From assembly GCA_025055675.1 (NCBI GenBank), contig JANWWT010000006.1, positions 18,839 through 58,838 on the forward strand: 40,000 nucleotides of DNA. The letters are read 5' to 3'. The notes below the pieces were generated by a model that searched no databases, was not told the origin of the DNA, and saw only the letters and a program-made list of their open reading frames with translations. This document shows, piece by piece, positions 19,992-30,185 of this stretch. This stretch comes from Pseudanabaenaceae cyanobacterium SKYG29. GTDB taxonomy: Bacteria; Cyanobacteriota; Cyanobacteriia; Pseudanabaenales; Pseudanabaenaceae. A program made the position numbers and the translations under genes. Position 1 is the stretch's first letter; each line of letters starts with the position of its first letter.

Positions 19992-21443
19992 ATGACTTTT
20001 ACCCAGGAAGAAAAAAAGCAAATCATTCGCGAGGTGCTAGAAGCCTATCCTGAGAAGGCACGCAAGAAGCGGGAAAAACACCTCAACGTCACGGAAGAAG
20101 GTAAGTCCGACTGCGGTGTGAAATCCAACATCAAATCCATTCCAGGTGTGATGACCACCAGGGGTTGTGCCTATGCGGGTGCCAAAGGGGTGGTCTGGGG
20201 CCCTGTTAAGGACATGATTCACCTCAGCCACGGTCCAGTTGGTTGCGGTTACTATTCCTGGTCAGGACGGAGGAACTACTACATCGGTACAACGGGGGTA
20301 GATACCTTCGGCACAATGCAGTTTACCAGCGACTTCCAAGAGCGGGACATCGTCTTTGGCGGCGACAAAAAACTGGATAAACTCATCGATGAGCTAGAAA
20401 CCCTCTTTCCCCTCAGCCAAGGGATTACCATTGAATCGGAATGCCCGATCGGTCTGATTGGGGATGATATTGAAGCTGTCGCCAAGAAGAAGAGCAAGCA
20501 GATTGGCAAGCCGGTTGTGCCAGTACGCTGTGAAGGTTTCCGGGGTGTCTCCCAATCCCTAGGTCACCACATTGCTAACGACACTGTGCGGGACTGGGTA
20601 TTTGCCAAGACCGACAAACTCTCCAATGAAGAGCTAGGATTTACTCCCTCTCCCTACGATGTGTCCATCATTGGTGACTATAACATCGGTGGTGATGCCT
20701 GGTCGTCGCGCATTTTGCTGGAAGAGATGGGATTGCGGGTGATCTCCCAATTCTCAGGCGATGGCACACTCCATGAAGTGAAACTATCTCACCGTGCCAA
20801 GATCAACTTGATTCACTGCTACCGATCGATGAACTACCTCTGTCAGCACATGCAGGAGAAGTATGGTATTCCCTGGTTGGAGTACAACTTCTTTGGTCCG
20901 ACGGAAATTGCCAACTCCCTGCGCAAAATTGCTGCCTTCTTCGATGAGACGATTCAAGCCAAGGCAGAGGAGGTAATTGCCAAGTACCAACCCCAAGCTG
21001 ACGCAGTGATTGCCAAGTATCGTCCTCGCCTAGAAGGTAAGAAAGTACTGCTGATGGTAGGTGGTCTGCGTCCCCGCCACGTCATTCCTGCTTTTAGGGA
21101 TTTGGGCATGGAAGTAATCGGAACAGGTTATGAGTTCGGTCACAATGACGACTACCAACGTACTACTCACTACACCGACCCCGGTACAGTCATCTATGAT
21201 GATGTCACTGCTTATGAGTTTGAGGAATTTGCGCGCAAACTCAAACCCGACCTGATCGCCTCTGGCATTAAGGAAAAATACGTCTTCCAAAAGATGGCCT
21301 TACCTTTCCGGCAGATGCACTCCTGGGATTACTCCGGTCCCTATCACGGCTATGACGGCTTCGCTGTCTTTGCTAGAGATATGGATTTAGCCCTCAACAG
21401 CCCCACTTGGGGATTGGTGCGCGCACCCTGGAAAACTGCCTAA
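19992..21443 (+). CDS. nifD: Nitrogenase MoFe protein alpha chain NifD
   Basis: Full-length NifD-like sequence ([48 protein letters not shown]). It is uninterrupted, with no excision element. Confidence 0.97.
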   Translation: MTFTQEEKKQIIREVLEAYPEKARKKREKHLNVTEEGKSDCGVKSNIKSIPGVMTTRGCAYAGAKGVVWGPVKDMIHLSHGPVGCGYYSWSGRRNYYIGTTGVDTFGTMQFTSDFQERDIVFGGDKKLDKLIDELETLFPLSQGITIESECPIGLIGDDIEAVAKKKSKQIGKPVVPVRCEGFRGVSQSLGHHIANDTVRDWVFAKTDKLSNEELGFTPSPYDVSIIGDYNIGGDAWSSRILLEEMGLRVISQFSGDGTLHEVKLSHRAKINLIHCYRSMNYLCQHMQEKYGIPWLEYNFFGPTEIANSLRKIAAFFDETIQAKAEEVIAKYQPQADAVIAKYRPRLEGKKVLLMVGGLRPRHVIPAFRDLGMEVIGTGYEFGHNDDYQRTTHYTDPGTVIYDDVTAYEFEEFARKLKPDLIASGIKEKYVFQKMALPFRQMHSWDYSGPYHGYDGFAVFARDMDLALNSPTWGLVRAPWKTA

Positions 21444-21469
21444 CTATTTCATCTAGCAGGAGAACAACC

Positions 21470-22999
21470 ATGTCTCAGGATGTCAACAAAATCAACGACC
21501 ACGTCCGCCTGTTTCAGCAACCTGAATATCAGGAACTATTTCAACGCAAGCGGGAGTTTGAAAATTGCCACAGCCCCGAAGAAGTACAGCGGGTAGTGGA
21601 ATGGACAAAGAGTTGGGATTATCGGGAGAAGAACTTCGCTAGGGAGGCTCTTACCGTCAATCCTGCCAAAGCCTGTCAGCCCCTGGGTGCCATCTTTGCT
21701 GCTTCTGGCTTTGAAGGGACTTTGCCCTTTGTGCATGGTTCCCAAGGTTGTGTGGCTTACTTCCGCACCCATTTGACCCGTCACTACAAAGAACCCTTTG
21801 CCGCTGTGTCTTCCTCCATGACAGAAGATGCTGCTGTCTTCGGTGGTCTGAAGAACATGATCGAGGGTCTGCAAAACTGCTATACCCTCTACAAACCCAA
21901 GATGATTGCTCTCTGCACCACCTGTATGGCGGAAGTCATCGGGGATGACTTGGGTGCCTTCATCACCACAGCGAAAAACGAAGGGGCGATTCCCAAGGAT
22001 TTCCATGTGCCCTATGCCCATACCCCTAGCTTTGTCGGCTCCCATATTACGGGCTATGACAATATGCTTAAGGGCATTCTCCTAGAGCTGGGAGGGGAAA
22101 AAACGGGGAGTAATGGCAAGTGGAATTTCATTCCTGGTTTTGATACCTACATCACTAACAACCGTGAACTGCGGCGGATTCTAACCTTGATGGGTATTCC
22201 CCACACCATCTTGGCGGATAACTCTGATTCCTTTGACTCGCCCAATAACGGGGAGTATGTGATGTACAACGGCAGAACGACCCTAGCAGAAACCGCTGAT
22301 GCCATCAATGCGGAAGGCACGATCGCTCTGCAAGCTTACTCCACGGAAAAAACCAGGGATTTCATTCAGACGGAATGGCAGCAACCAACCTATGTCTTGC
22401 GTCCCTTTGGCATCAAAGGCACAGATGCTTTCTTGATGAAACTGTCAGAACTCACAGGTAAGCCAATTCCCCAGGAGTTAGAGATTGAACGGGGCAGAGC
22501 CGTAGATGCTATGACGGATTCCCAAGCCTGGTTGCACGGCAAACGCTTTGCCATCTATGGTGACCCCGATTTAGTTCTCTCTCTCCTGTCCTTCACCCTG
22601 GAGATGGGGATGGAGCCAGTGCATATTGTTGTCACCAACAGCAATGACTTGTTTGAGCAGGAGGCTAAGGAGCTACTAGCTAGCTATCCCAACGGCAGTG
22701 AAGCAACCGTCTGGGGCGGCAGAGACCTATGGCACCTACGATCGCTCCTGTTTACCGAACCCGTCGATCTCTTGATTGGCAACTCCTACGGTAAATACCT
22801 CTGGCGGGATACGAAGACTCCTTTAGTGCGGATTGGCTATCCCATCTTCGATCGCCATCACTGGCATCGCTATCCCACCTTGGGTTACCAGGGGGCGATT
22901 AACCTGCTCAACTGGATTGTCAACACCGTGCTGGATGAACTCGATCGGCAGACGATTATCCCTGCCAAGACCGACATCTCCTTTGATTTGATTCGCTAA
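21470..22999 (+). CDS. nifK: Nitrogenase MoFe protein beta chain NifK
   Basis: ACQPLGA, FVHGSQGCVAYFR, CTTCMAEVIGDD. Start moved to ATG 21470 (MSQDVNK), which follows AGGAGAA. The track start at 21407 would overlap nifD. Confidence 0.97.
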   Translation: MSQDVNKINDHVRLFQQPEYQELFQRKREFENCHSPEEVQRVVEWTKSWDYREKNFAREALTVNPAKACQPLGAIFAASGFEGTLPFVHGSQGCVAYFRTHLTRHYKEPFAAVSSSMTEDAAVFGGLKNMIEGLQNCYTLYKPKMIALCTTCMAEVIGDDLGAFITTAKNEGAIPKDFHVPYAHTPSFVGSHITGYDNMLKGILLELGGEKTGSNGKWNFIPGFDTYITNNRELRRILTLMGIPHTILADNSDSFDSPNNGEYVMYNGRTTLAETADAINAEGTIALQAYSTEKTRDFIQTEWQQPTYVLRPFGIKGTDAFLMKLSELTGKPIPQELEIERGRAVDAMTDSQAWLHGKRFAIYGDPDLVLSLLSFTLEMGMEPVHIVVTNSNDLFEQEAKELLASYPNGSEATVWGGRDLWHLRSLLFTEPVDLLIGNSYGKYLWRDTKTPLVRIGYPIFDRHHWHRYPTLGYQGAINLLNWIVNTVLDELDRQTIIPAKTDISFDLIR

Positions 23000-23005
23000 G
23001 TTCGC

Positions 23006-23037
23006 GTTCCCCAGACTCCAACCAGGGGATGGGGAAC
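23006..23037 (+). promoter_or_regulatory. Hairpin after the nifK stop (GTTCCCC ... GGGGAAC)
   Basis: Perfect 7-bp arms at 23006-23012 and 23031-23037, followed by CACATTTTCTT. Possible attenuator or processing site at the end of nifHDK. Confidence 0.35.
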
Positions 23038-23060
23038 CACATTTTCTTGGAGTTACCGCC

Positions 23061-23345
23061 ATGCATACCCTCGTTTTAGATGCCCCCAGAGATTGGCTCC
23101 ATCCCCTGCGGCAAGCCATTAACAGTCTACAGGTACACCGATCGGTCATAGCTCACTGGATTTGTCGGTTGATTCCCAGTCATTGTCCCCTGGAACGTAC
23201 TTTCCATCTGGGCAAGTATCGCCTTCACATCCCGCCCCTTTGTCACCTCAATCCCCTCTATGGCGAAATAATTGCCCTGCGGATGCGTGCCCTGGAGTAC
23301 CTCATGGTTTTGGAAGTAGATGTCAGTGCCTATCTGGAGGCGTGA
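23061..23345 (+). CDS. Small protein resembling the 'Mo-dependent nitrogenase C-terminal' (Mo-nitro_C) family
   Basis: ICRLIPSHCPLER...RLHIPPLCHLNPLYGEIIALRMRALEYL matches my memory of that cyanobacterial family (LCKLIPAQCPFER...HIPPLCKLNPLY). Sits between nifK and nifE. Confidence 0.65.
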   Translation: MHTLVLDAPRDWLHPLRQAINSLQVHRSVIAHWICRLIPSHCPLERTFHLGKYRLHIPPLCHLNPLYGEIIALRMRALEYLMVLEVDVSAYLEA

Positions 23346-23346
23346 T

Positions 23347-24717
23347 ATGTTGCAAGCTAAAATCAATCAACTCCTCACTGAACCTGCCTGCGCCCACAAT
23401 CACCACCACGGCGATAAAAAGAACCGCAGTTGCAGTCAACAGGCAAAACCAGGTGCTGCCCAGGGGGGATGTGCTTTCGACGGCGCTAGTATCACCCTAG
23501 TACCGATTACGGATGCTGCCCACCTGGTGCACGGACCGATCGCTTGTGCGGGTAACTCCTGGGGGACAAGGGGGAGCCTATCTTCGGGACCATTGTTGTT
23601 CAAAACAGGGTTCACGACAGATTTAAGTGAGCAGGACATCATCTTTGGCGGCGAAAAACGCCTCTACCAAGCCATTAAAGAGATAGCCCAGAACCATAGA
23701 CCGGCGGCAATTTTTGTCTATTGCACCTGTGTGCCTGCCCTTACAGGGGAAGATGTGGAAGCTGTGTGTCAAACAGCAAGGGAAAAGCTAGGTTTACCTG
23801 TCATCCCTGTGTTAGCCCCTGGGTTTGTGGGCAGTAAAAATCTGGGCAATCGCCTAGCAGGGGAAGCGCTGCTGGACTATGTCATTGGCACAGGGGAACC
23901 ACCGACAGTAGGGCAGTTTGCCATCAACTTGATCGGCGAATACAACATCGCAGGGGAATTATGGGATGTGTTACCCCTGTTTGCACAGTTGGGCATTCAA
24001 GTCCTGGCTAAAATGACAGGGGATGCTCGCTACGAAGAGATCACCTATGCCCATCGTGCCCACCTCAATCTGGTGATCTGTGCCAAGGCGCTGTTGAACG
24101 TGGCGCGCAAAATGCAGGAAAGGTATGGCATTCCCTACATTGAATGTTCTTTCTATGGCATTCGGGATATGAACGACTGCCTGCGGCAGATTGCCCGCCA
24201 TTTTCAGTCAGAGGAACTCACTGCCAAAGTGGAGGCTTTGATTGCTGCTGAAACCCAGAAACTGGAACAGGAATTGGCTCCCTATCGAGCTAAGTTGCAG
24301 GGCAAGCGAGTCGTGCTCTACACAGGGGGGGTCAAGAGTTGGTCGGTCATCTCTGCTGCTCAGGATTTGGGCATAAAAGTAGTGGCTACCAGTACCAGGA
24401 AAAGTACGGCGGAGGACAAAGCCCGCATCAAAGAACTGCTGGGAGAAGACGGCATCATGATGGAAGGAGAAGGGGCACAGGCATTGCTGGATGTGATTCA
24501 GCGGACTAAAGCTGACATGCTCATTGCCGGCGGCAGAAACCAATACACTGCTCTCAAAGCCAAAATTCCTTTCCTCGACATCAATCAGGAGCGCCATATC
24601 GGCTATGCCGGCTACAAAGGTATGGTTACCTTGGCAAGGGAACTGACCAACGCTATGTATAGCCCCATTTGGCGACAGATACGTCAGCCCGCTCCCTGGG
24701 AGGTGGATTATGAGTAA
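23347..24717 (+). CDS. nifE: FeMo-cofactor scaffold NifE
   Basis: GCAFDGA, HGPIACAGNSWG, CTCVPALTGEDV. Start placed at ATG 23347, 1 nt after the preceding stop. Confidence 0.93.
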   Translation: MLQAKINQLLTEPACAHNHHHGDKKNRSCSQQAKPGAAQGGCAFDGASITLVPITDAAHLVHGPIACAGNSWGTRGSLSSGPLLFKTGFTTDLSEQDIIFGGEKRLYQAIKEIAQNHRPAAIFVYCTCVPALTGEDVEAVCQTAREKLGLPVIPVLAPGFVGSKNLGNRLAGEALLDYVIGTGEPPTVGQFAINLIGEYNIAGELWDVLPLFAQLGIQVLAKMTGDARYEEITYAHRAHLNLVICAKALLNVARKMQERYGIPYIECSFYGIRDMNDCLRQIARHFQSEELTAKVEALIAAETQKLEQELAPYRAKLQGKRVVLYTGGVKSWSVISAAQDLGIKVVATSTRKSTAEDKARIKELLGEDGIMMEGEGAQALLDVIQRTKADMLIAGGRNQYTALKAKIPFLDINQERHIGYAGYKGMVTLARELTNAMYSPIWRQIRQPAPWEVDYE

Positions 24718-25984
24718 GGTCGTAACAACAGTAAAACCTGTAGCCACCAATCCCCTCAAACTGAGTCAGCCTTTGGGTGCATCCCTGGCATTTCTCGGTA
24801 TCAAGGGAGCAATTCCCCTCCTGCATGGTTCCCAAGGGTGCACTGCCTTTGCCAAGGTCATGTTGGTACGCCATTTTCGGGAATCTGTTCCTTTAGCCAC
24901 CACGGCACTCACGGAAGTTTCCACCATTCTGGGCGGGGAAGAAAACATCAAAAAGAGTATTGAGGTACTGCTGGAAAAGGCTAAACCCCAACTGATTGGG
25001 TTGTGTTCTACGGCTCTGTCAGAGGTACGGGGGGAGGATGTGGCAGGTATTCTCAAGACTTGTAATTTTCCTATCCCTGTCCTCTACGTCTCTACACCGG
25101 ATTTCTGTGGCTCTCTGTCCGACGGCTATAGTCGGGTGGTGGAAGCGATCGTAAAAACTCTGCCCCAGGCAGGTGCCCTCAATCCGCGGCAAGTAACACT
25201 GCTCCTAGGTTCGGATTTGACCCCAGGGGAGGTAGCTGACCTCAAACAGTTAGTTGCTGCTATGGGCTTGACCCCCATTGCCATTCCTGACCTGTCCACT
25301 TCCATGGATGGGCACTTGGCAGATAGCTACCAAGGTGTATCAACCGGAGGTGTGACGGTAGAGGAAATCCAACAGGCAGGACGATCGGCGTTTGTTCTTG
25401 CTATTGGGGAAACTATGCGCCAGGCAGCCAAACTCTGGCAGGAGCGATTCCAAGTCCCCTATGCCCTTTTTGCGGGGGTGACGGGATTAGAAGCGACCGA
25501 TCGGTTAATCCACTGTTTGATGACCTGGAGTGGGAACACTGTGCCAGAGCTATATCGTTGGCAACGACGGCAGTTACTGGATGCCCTGCTAGACACCCAC
25601 TTTTACATCACAGGCAAACGGATTGCCCTTGCCCTAGAGCCAAACCAACTCAGTGTGATGAGTCATTTCCTGGCTGGTATGGGAGCGGAAATTCAGGTAG
25701 CTGTTTCTCCCACCCGTACCCCGCAGCTAGAGCATATTCCGGCGGCAACAGTGATTGTGGGTGATTTAGGGGACTTGCAAGCCCACGGTGCAGGCGCTGA
25801 CCTCCTGATTACCAGTTCCAGGGGCGTACCGATCGCTAAAGCCCTAGGCATTCCCCTGCTAAGGATGGGCTTCCCCATCTTTGACCGTCTGGGCAATGGT
25901 TTACGTTCCTACGTCGGTTATCGGGGCACCATGCAGTTGTTGTTTGACATCAGCAACCTGTTCCTAGAGGCAGAAGGTCATTGA
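24710..25984 (+). CDS. nifN: FeMo-cofactor scaffold NifN
   Basis: NPLKLSQPLGA, LLHGSQGCTAFAKV. Overlaps nifE by 8 nt. Confidence 0.9.
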   Translation: MSKVVTTVKPVATNPLKLSQPLGASLAFLGIKGAIPLLHGSQGCTAFAKVMLVRHFRESVPLATTALTEVSTILGGEENIKKSIEVLLEKAKPQLIGLCSTALSEVRGEDVAGILKTCNFPIPVLYVSTPDFCGSLSDGYSRVVEAIVKTLPQAGALNPRQVTLLLGSDLTPGEVADLKQLVAAMGLTPIAIPDLSTSMDGHLADSYQGVSTGGVTVEEIQQAGRSAFVLAIGETMRQAAKLWQERFQVPYALFAGVTGLEATDRLIHCLMTWSGNTVPELYRWQRRQLLDALLDTHFYITGKRIALALEPNQLSVMSHFLAGMGAEIQVAVSPTRTPQLEHIPAATVIVGDLGDLQAHGAGADLLITSSRGVPIAKALGIPLLRMGFPIFDRLGNGLRSYVGYRGTMQLLFDISNLFLEAEGH

Positions 25985-26007
25985 AGTTTGTTTGAAGGAG
26001 AACCACT

Positions 26008-26403
26008 ATGAAAATCGCCTTTGCTACTAGTGACTACCAACACATCAATGCTCACTTCGGCTGGGCAGAAATTCTCTCAGTCTATGAAGTGTCACCGGAG
26101 GGTTATCGTCTGATAGAACACCATCATTTTCCCCTCGGTCAAGAGGACGGGAATGAGGACAAATTAGTACCCAAACTGGATTTTCTGGAATCCTGTCAGG
26201 ACTGCAAGATTGTCTATGTTTCCGCCATTGGCGGTAGTGCTGCTGCCCGCTTGATCAACAAGGGAATCACCCCCATCAAAGCCCCCTCGGAGGAAGAAGG
26301 GATTATTTCTACCCTCGATCGGCTTGTGCACACCCTGCAAACCAGCCCGCCCCCCTGGCTACGCAAAGCTCTCGGTCTCAAACCCAAGTTCACGGAGGAA
26401 TGA
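26008..26403 (+). CDS. nifX: NifX
   Basis: MKIAFATSDYQHINAHFGWAE...VYVSAIGGSAAARLINKGI is typical of the NifX/NifB-C domain. Position is after nifN. Confidence 0.88.
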   Translation: MKIAFATSDYQHINAHFGWAEILSVYEVSPEGYRLIEHHHFPLGQEDGNEDKLVPKLDFLESCQDCKIVYVSAIGGSAAARLINKGITPIKAPSEEEGIISTLDRLVHTLQTSPPPWLRKALGLKPKFTEE

Positions 26404-26406
26404 CCC

Positions 26407-26856
26407 ATGAGTACAACGGTAGTAACTGATTCACCCTTCTTGCAAGCCCTAGTCGCCCAATTCCGCGCCCAAGACCCCTATGGTGTCTACCGATCGTGGA
26501 GTGACGAGCGCCTTTTGCAGCCCTACATCCTCACCAAGGAAGAGAAACGGAAAATCTCTTTAGAAGAACCCGTTGATCCCGTCACCAAAGGTAGAATTCA
26601 CTTCTTCTACGGCGCAGTTGCCCGGGTGATTGAACAACAGACCGGCAAGTTGCTCCAAGTCGTCATCAGTTTGAATGAAGAAGGCTTTGGTTGGGCACTA
26701 GTTTTCAGTGGCAAACTGTTGGTAGTCTGCCGCACCCTCAGAGATGCCCAGCGCTTCAGTTTCACCAGCCTCGCTCAGATGGTAGAAGAAGGCGAAAAAT
26801 TAATCCGATCGGGCGTAGCTCTTTTGGAGAAATTTCCAGCAGTTGCGGAAGCGTAA
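26407..26856 (+). CDS. NifX-associated nitrogen-fixation protein (DUF269-type)
   Basis: Conserved position directly after nifX, about 150 aa, with family-like motifs (DPYGVY..W.D..LL.PYI..KE.KR). Confidence 0.78.
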   Translation: MSTTVVTDSPFLQALVAQFRAQDPYGVYRSWSDERLLQPYILTKEEKRKISLEEPVDPVTKGRIHFFYGAVARVIEQQTGKLLQVVISLNEEGFGWALVFSGKLLVVCRTLRDAQRFSFTSLAQMVEEGEKLIRSGVALLEKFPAVAEA

Positions 26857-26860
26857 TACC

Positions 26861-27067
26861 ATGATTAGCGCCGAAGAGTTAAGGAATCAGATTCGTCGCC
26901 TGAACAGCAAAGCAGGGCAGATGAAGATGGACTTACACGACCTGGTGGAAGGACTGCCAACCAACTACGAACACCTGATGGAACTGGCAAGTCAAACCTA
27001 CGAAATCTTCCATCAAATCAGTTGTTTGCAGAAGCAACTTACGGAATTAGAAGGTAAGGGAGGTTAA
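26861..27067 (+). CDS. Small nif-cluster protein (DUF683 / Rop-like type)
   Basis: 68 aa, helical. LRNQIRRLNSKAGQMKMDLHDLVEGLP. Conserved position before nifW. Start placed at ATG 26861; the track start is a TTG that overlaps the preceding gene. Confidence 0.7.
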   Translation: MISAEELRNQIRRLNSKAGQMKMDLHDLVEGLPTNYEHLMELASQTYEIFHQISCLQKQLTELEGKGG

Positions 27068-27070
27068 ACT

Positions 27071-27382
27071 ATGACGAAAACCCTAGAGGAATTCAACCGC
27101 CTCACCGATGCGGAGCAATACTTTGAGTATTTAGAACTCCCCTACGACCCTAGGGTAGTGAATGTCAACCGCTTGCATATCCTGCGCAAATTCTCCCTAT
27201 TCAAGGAAGAAATTGACCAGCAAATCAATGACCCCCAGGAACGGCTAGCGCGCTACCGATCGGCATTACAGACTGCCTATGAGGTGTTTTTAACTTCCTC
27301 TGCGCCTGAACAAAAATTGTTTAAGGTGTTTCAGGAACAAGCTCCCCATGTGGTACTACTGTCGGAGATCAAGGAGGAGTAG
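27071..27382 (+). CDS. nifW: Nitrogenase-stabilizing/protective protein NifW
   Basis: AEQYFEYLELPYDPRVVNVNRLHILRKF is the NifW hallmark. Confidence 0.86.
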   Translation: MTKTLEEFNRLTDAEQYFEYLELPYDPRVVNVNRLHILRKFSLFKEEIDQQINDPQERLARYRSALQTAYEVFLTSSAPEQKLFKVFQEQAPHVVLLSEIKEE

Positions 27383-27388
27383 ATAACA

Positions 27389-28129
27389 ATGGAACTGTCC
27401 CCCCAAGAACTGGAACGCTATCGGCGGCAGATACAGCTACCAGGCTTTGGTAAAACTGCCCAACTTGCACTCAAACAAACAACCGTGCTGATTACAGGTG
27501 TTGGCGGTTTGGGGGGGACGGTCGCCCTCTACTTGACCGTGGCAGGGATTGGTAAATTGATTCTGGTACGGGGCGGCAATCTCCGTCTAGATGACATGAA
27601 TCGCCAGGTGTTGATGACCCATGATTGGGTGGGCAAGCCCAGAATTTGGCGGGCAAAAACCACGCTGGAAGCTATCAATCCCGATGTGGTCATCGAAGCA
27701 ATTCCCGAATATCTCATAGAAGAAAATCGCCGCCCTCTGGTCAAGGAGTGTGACCTGGCGGTCAGTTGTGCCCATAACTTTGACGAACGATCGTTGTTGA
27801 ACCTCACCTGTGTAGAACAACAAAAACCAATGGTAGAGGCTGCCATGGATGGTATGACTGCCTATCTCACGACGATCGTGCCTGGCAAAACCCCCTGCCT
27901 CAGTTGTCTGTATCCTGAATTTCCCGCTTGGGATAAAAGAGGCTTCGGCGTGTTGGGTGCTGTATCGGGGACACTGGCTTGTCTGGCCGCCCTAGAAGTG
28001 ATCAAATTCGTCACTGGTTTAGCCTCCCCCCTGGTGGGGGAACTGCTGGTTATGCAGCTCGACACCCTTACCTTCCACAAATATCGCACCTACCGGGAAC
28101 CCCACTGTCCCATTTGTAGCCATTTGTAG
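27389..28129 (+). CDS. hesA: HesA (ThiF/MoeB-family adenylyltransferase)
   Basis: RYRRQIQLPGFG, nucleotide loop GVGGLGG, C-terminal CxxC pairs (CLSC, CPIC). Context is nifW, hesA, hesB. Confidence 0.88.
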   Translation: MELSPQELERYRRQIQLPGFGKTAQLALKQTTVLITGVGGLGGTVALYLTVAGIGKLILVRGGNLRLDDMNRQVLMTHDWVGKPRIWRAKTTLEAINPDVVIEAIPEYLIEENRRPLVKECDLAVSCAHNFDERSLLNLTCVEQQKPMVEAAMDGMTAYLTTIVPGKTPCLSCLYPEFPAWDKRGFGVLGAVSGTLACLAALEVIKFVTGLASPLVGELLVMQLDTLTFHKYRTYREPHCPICSHL

Positions 28130-28148
28130 TTGCTAAAGGAGGAATACT

Positions 28149-28780
<632 letters not shown>

Positions 28781-28791
28781 GGAGAAAGGTC

Positions 28792-29094
28792 ATGTTCTGC
28801 ACTGTATCGATTGCCAACTTGCGGTTGTTACAGCCAGGGGAAGGGGGAGAGATACTGCACTTTACCAGAGCAGACGAACAACAACAAACAGAGCTACGCC
28901 AGCAGGGAATCATCCCAGGCAAGCAAATAACTGTAATCAAACGCTATCCAGTTTTGCTCGTAGAAGTTAGCGGTCAAAAAATTAGAGTACCAGACCATCT
29001 CAGCAGTTATGTTAGGGTCAAAGTCTTTGACAACTGCCCCCGCTATCCCCCCTCAGCTGAACCCAATTTCCCTAACTATCCTTTTGCCAATTAA
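28792..29094 (+). CDS. feoA: FeoA-domain protein
   Basis: Start at ATG 28792, preceded by GGAGAAAGG. FeoA-like L..L.PGE.G.I......LRQQGIIPGKQITV. The 55-codon upstream extension in the track overlaps fdxH and is rejected. Confidence 0.7.
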   Translation: MFCTVSIANLRLLQPGEGGEILHFTRADEQQQTELRQQGIIPGKQITVIKRYPVLLVEVSGQKIRVPDHLSSYVRVKVFDNCPRYPPSAEPNFPNYPFAN

Positions 29095-29120
29095 TTACTA
29101 ATCGATGAGAGGAATAGATT

Positions 29121-29414
29121 ATGTCTTACCTAACTGGAGTGACCCAAGGGGGAAAGACCTGGACTCCCCAATTTGTCCAAAGTATTGACATCACCCGTTG
29201 TTTGGGTTGTGGTCGCTGTTTGAAAGTGTGTGGCAGGAATGTCTTGCACTTGCAGGCAGTCAATGACCAGTTTGAATTTGTCGATGAGGACGAAGAAGAG
29301 AGCGAACGCAAAGTGATGACGATCATTCATCCTGAACTCTGTATTGGTTGTCAAGCTTGTGCCCGCATCTGTCCGAAAAACTGCTATACCCATGCTCCCC
29401 AATCTTTGAACTAA
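29121..29414 (+). CDS. fdxB: nif-specific 2[4Fe-4S] ferredoxin III (FdxB-like)
   Basis: [10 protein letters not shown]...[13 protein letters not shown], an acidic insert, then [18 protein letters not shown]. Confidence 0.8.
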   Translation: MSYLTGVTQGGKTWTPQFVQSIDITRCLGCGRCLKVCGRNVLHLQAVNDQFEFVDEDEEESERKVMTIIHPELCIGCQACARICPKNCYTHAPQSLN

Positions 29415-29433
29415 GTTAAGAAGGAGAACAACT

Positions 29434-30078
29434 ATGTTACGCGCAATTGACATCATGACCAAGGATGTACCCTTGGTAAAAGGTTCGGCTACCGTGGCTG
29501 AGGCAATCAGATTGATGCGCTTGAAGGGGCTAGGAGCCTTGATTGTGGATGTCCGTGACCCCGACGATGCCTACGGGATTATCACCCAGACCGACATTGT
29601 CTACAAGGTTGTCGCCTACGGTAAAGACCCCAACAAAATGCGGGTGTATGAAATCATGACCAAACCCTGCATTACCGTCAATCCTGACCTAGGGGTAGAG
29701 TATGTTGCCCGCTTGTTTGCCAATGCTCGCATTCGCGTAGCGCCTGTAATTCAGGGCAAGCTGTTGGGCATGGTGACCTTGAGCGACATCCTCAAACGGG
29801 GTGATTACCTAGAAAATCCCAGGGCGGTTGCCTTGACCAGACAACTGCAAGCTGCTATCGCCGAAGCCCGATCCGTCTGTCAGGCAGAGGGATTTGACTC
29901 TGCAGAATGCATTCAAGCCTGGGAAAAGGTAGAAGAACTGGAAGCAGAAGTTGCCTACCTCGAAAACGCTCCCCCTGTGGAAATTACCGCCTTCCAGCAG
30001 TACTGCCTGGAACATCCCGAAATTCTGCGCAAACGCCACCAAGACCTAGTCGCTGCTGAGGGGGAAAAAGTAGGCTAG
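29434..30078 (+). CDS. CBS-pair / CP12 fusion protein
   Basis: Residues 1-130 form two CBS motifs. Residues about 145-195 are CP12-like: Cys149-x9-Cys159, then AWEKVEEL (canonical AWD.VEEL), then FQQYCLEHPE. The second C-terminal Cys of canonical CP12 is absent. Confidence 0.8.
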   Translation: MLRAIDIMTKDVPLVKGSATVAEAIRLMRLKGLGALIVDVRDPDDAYGIITQTDIVYKVVAYGKDPNKMRVYEIMTKPCITVNPDLGVEYVARLFANARIRVAPVIQGKLLGMVTLSDILKRGDYLENPRAVALTRQLQAAIAEARSVCQAEGFDSAECIQAWEKVEELEAEVAYLENAPPVEITAFQQYCLEHPEILRKRHQDLVAAEGEKVG

Positions 30079-30103
30079 CAATAAAATCATCCCAGAAACT
30101 GAG

Positions 30104-30130
30104 GGCGGCTCGATCGAGCCGTCATTTTTT
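30104..30130 (+). terminator. Intrinsic terminator closing the plus-strand nif unit
   Basis: GGCGGCTC-GATC-GAGCCGTC forms an 8-bp stem with one G-U pair, followed by ATTTTTT, 26 nt after the CBS-CP12 stop. Confidence 0.65.
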
Positions 30131-30185
30131 ATGGCAGCCACTAGGGATGAGCTAGAATAGGGCAGGAATTGCTACAGAAGCTTAC

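Noticed and set aside
21536-22045. 169-aa minus-strand ORF inside nifK
   Set aside because: It is antisense to a strongly supported nifK frame, with no SD and no recognisable domain. Shadow ORF.
24208-24759. 183-aa minus-strand ORF inside nifE/nifN
   Set aside because: It is antisense to nifE and the nifN start, with no family resemblance. Shadow ORF.
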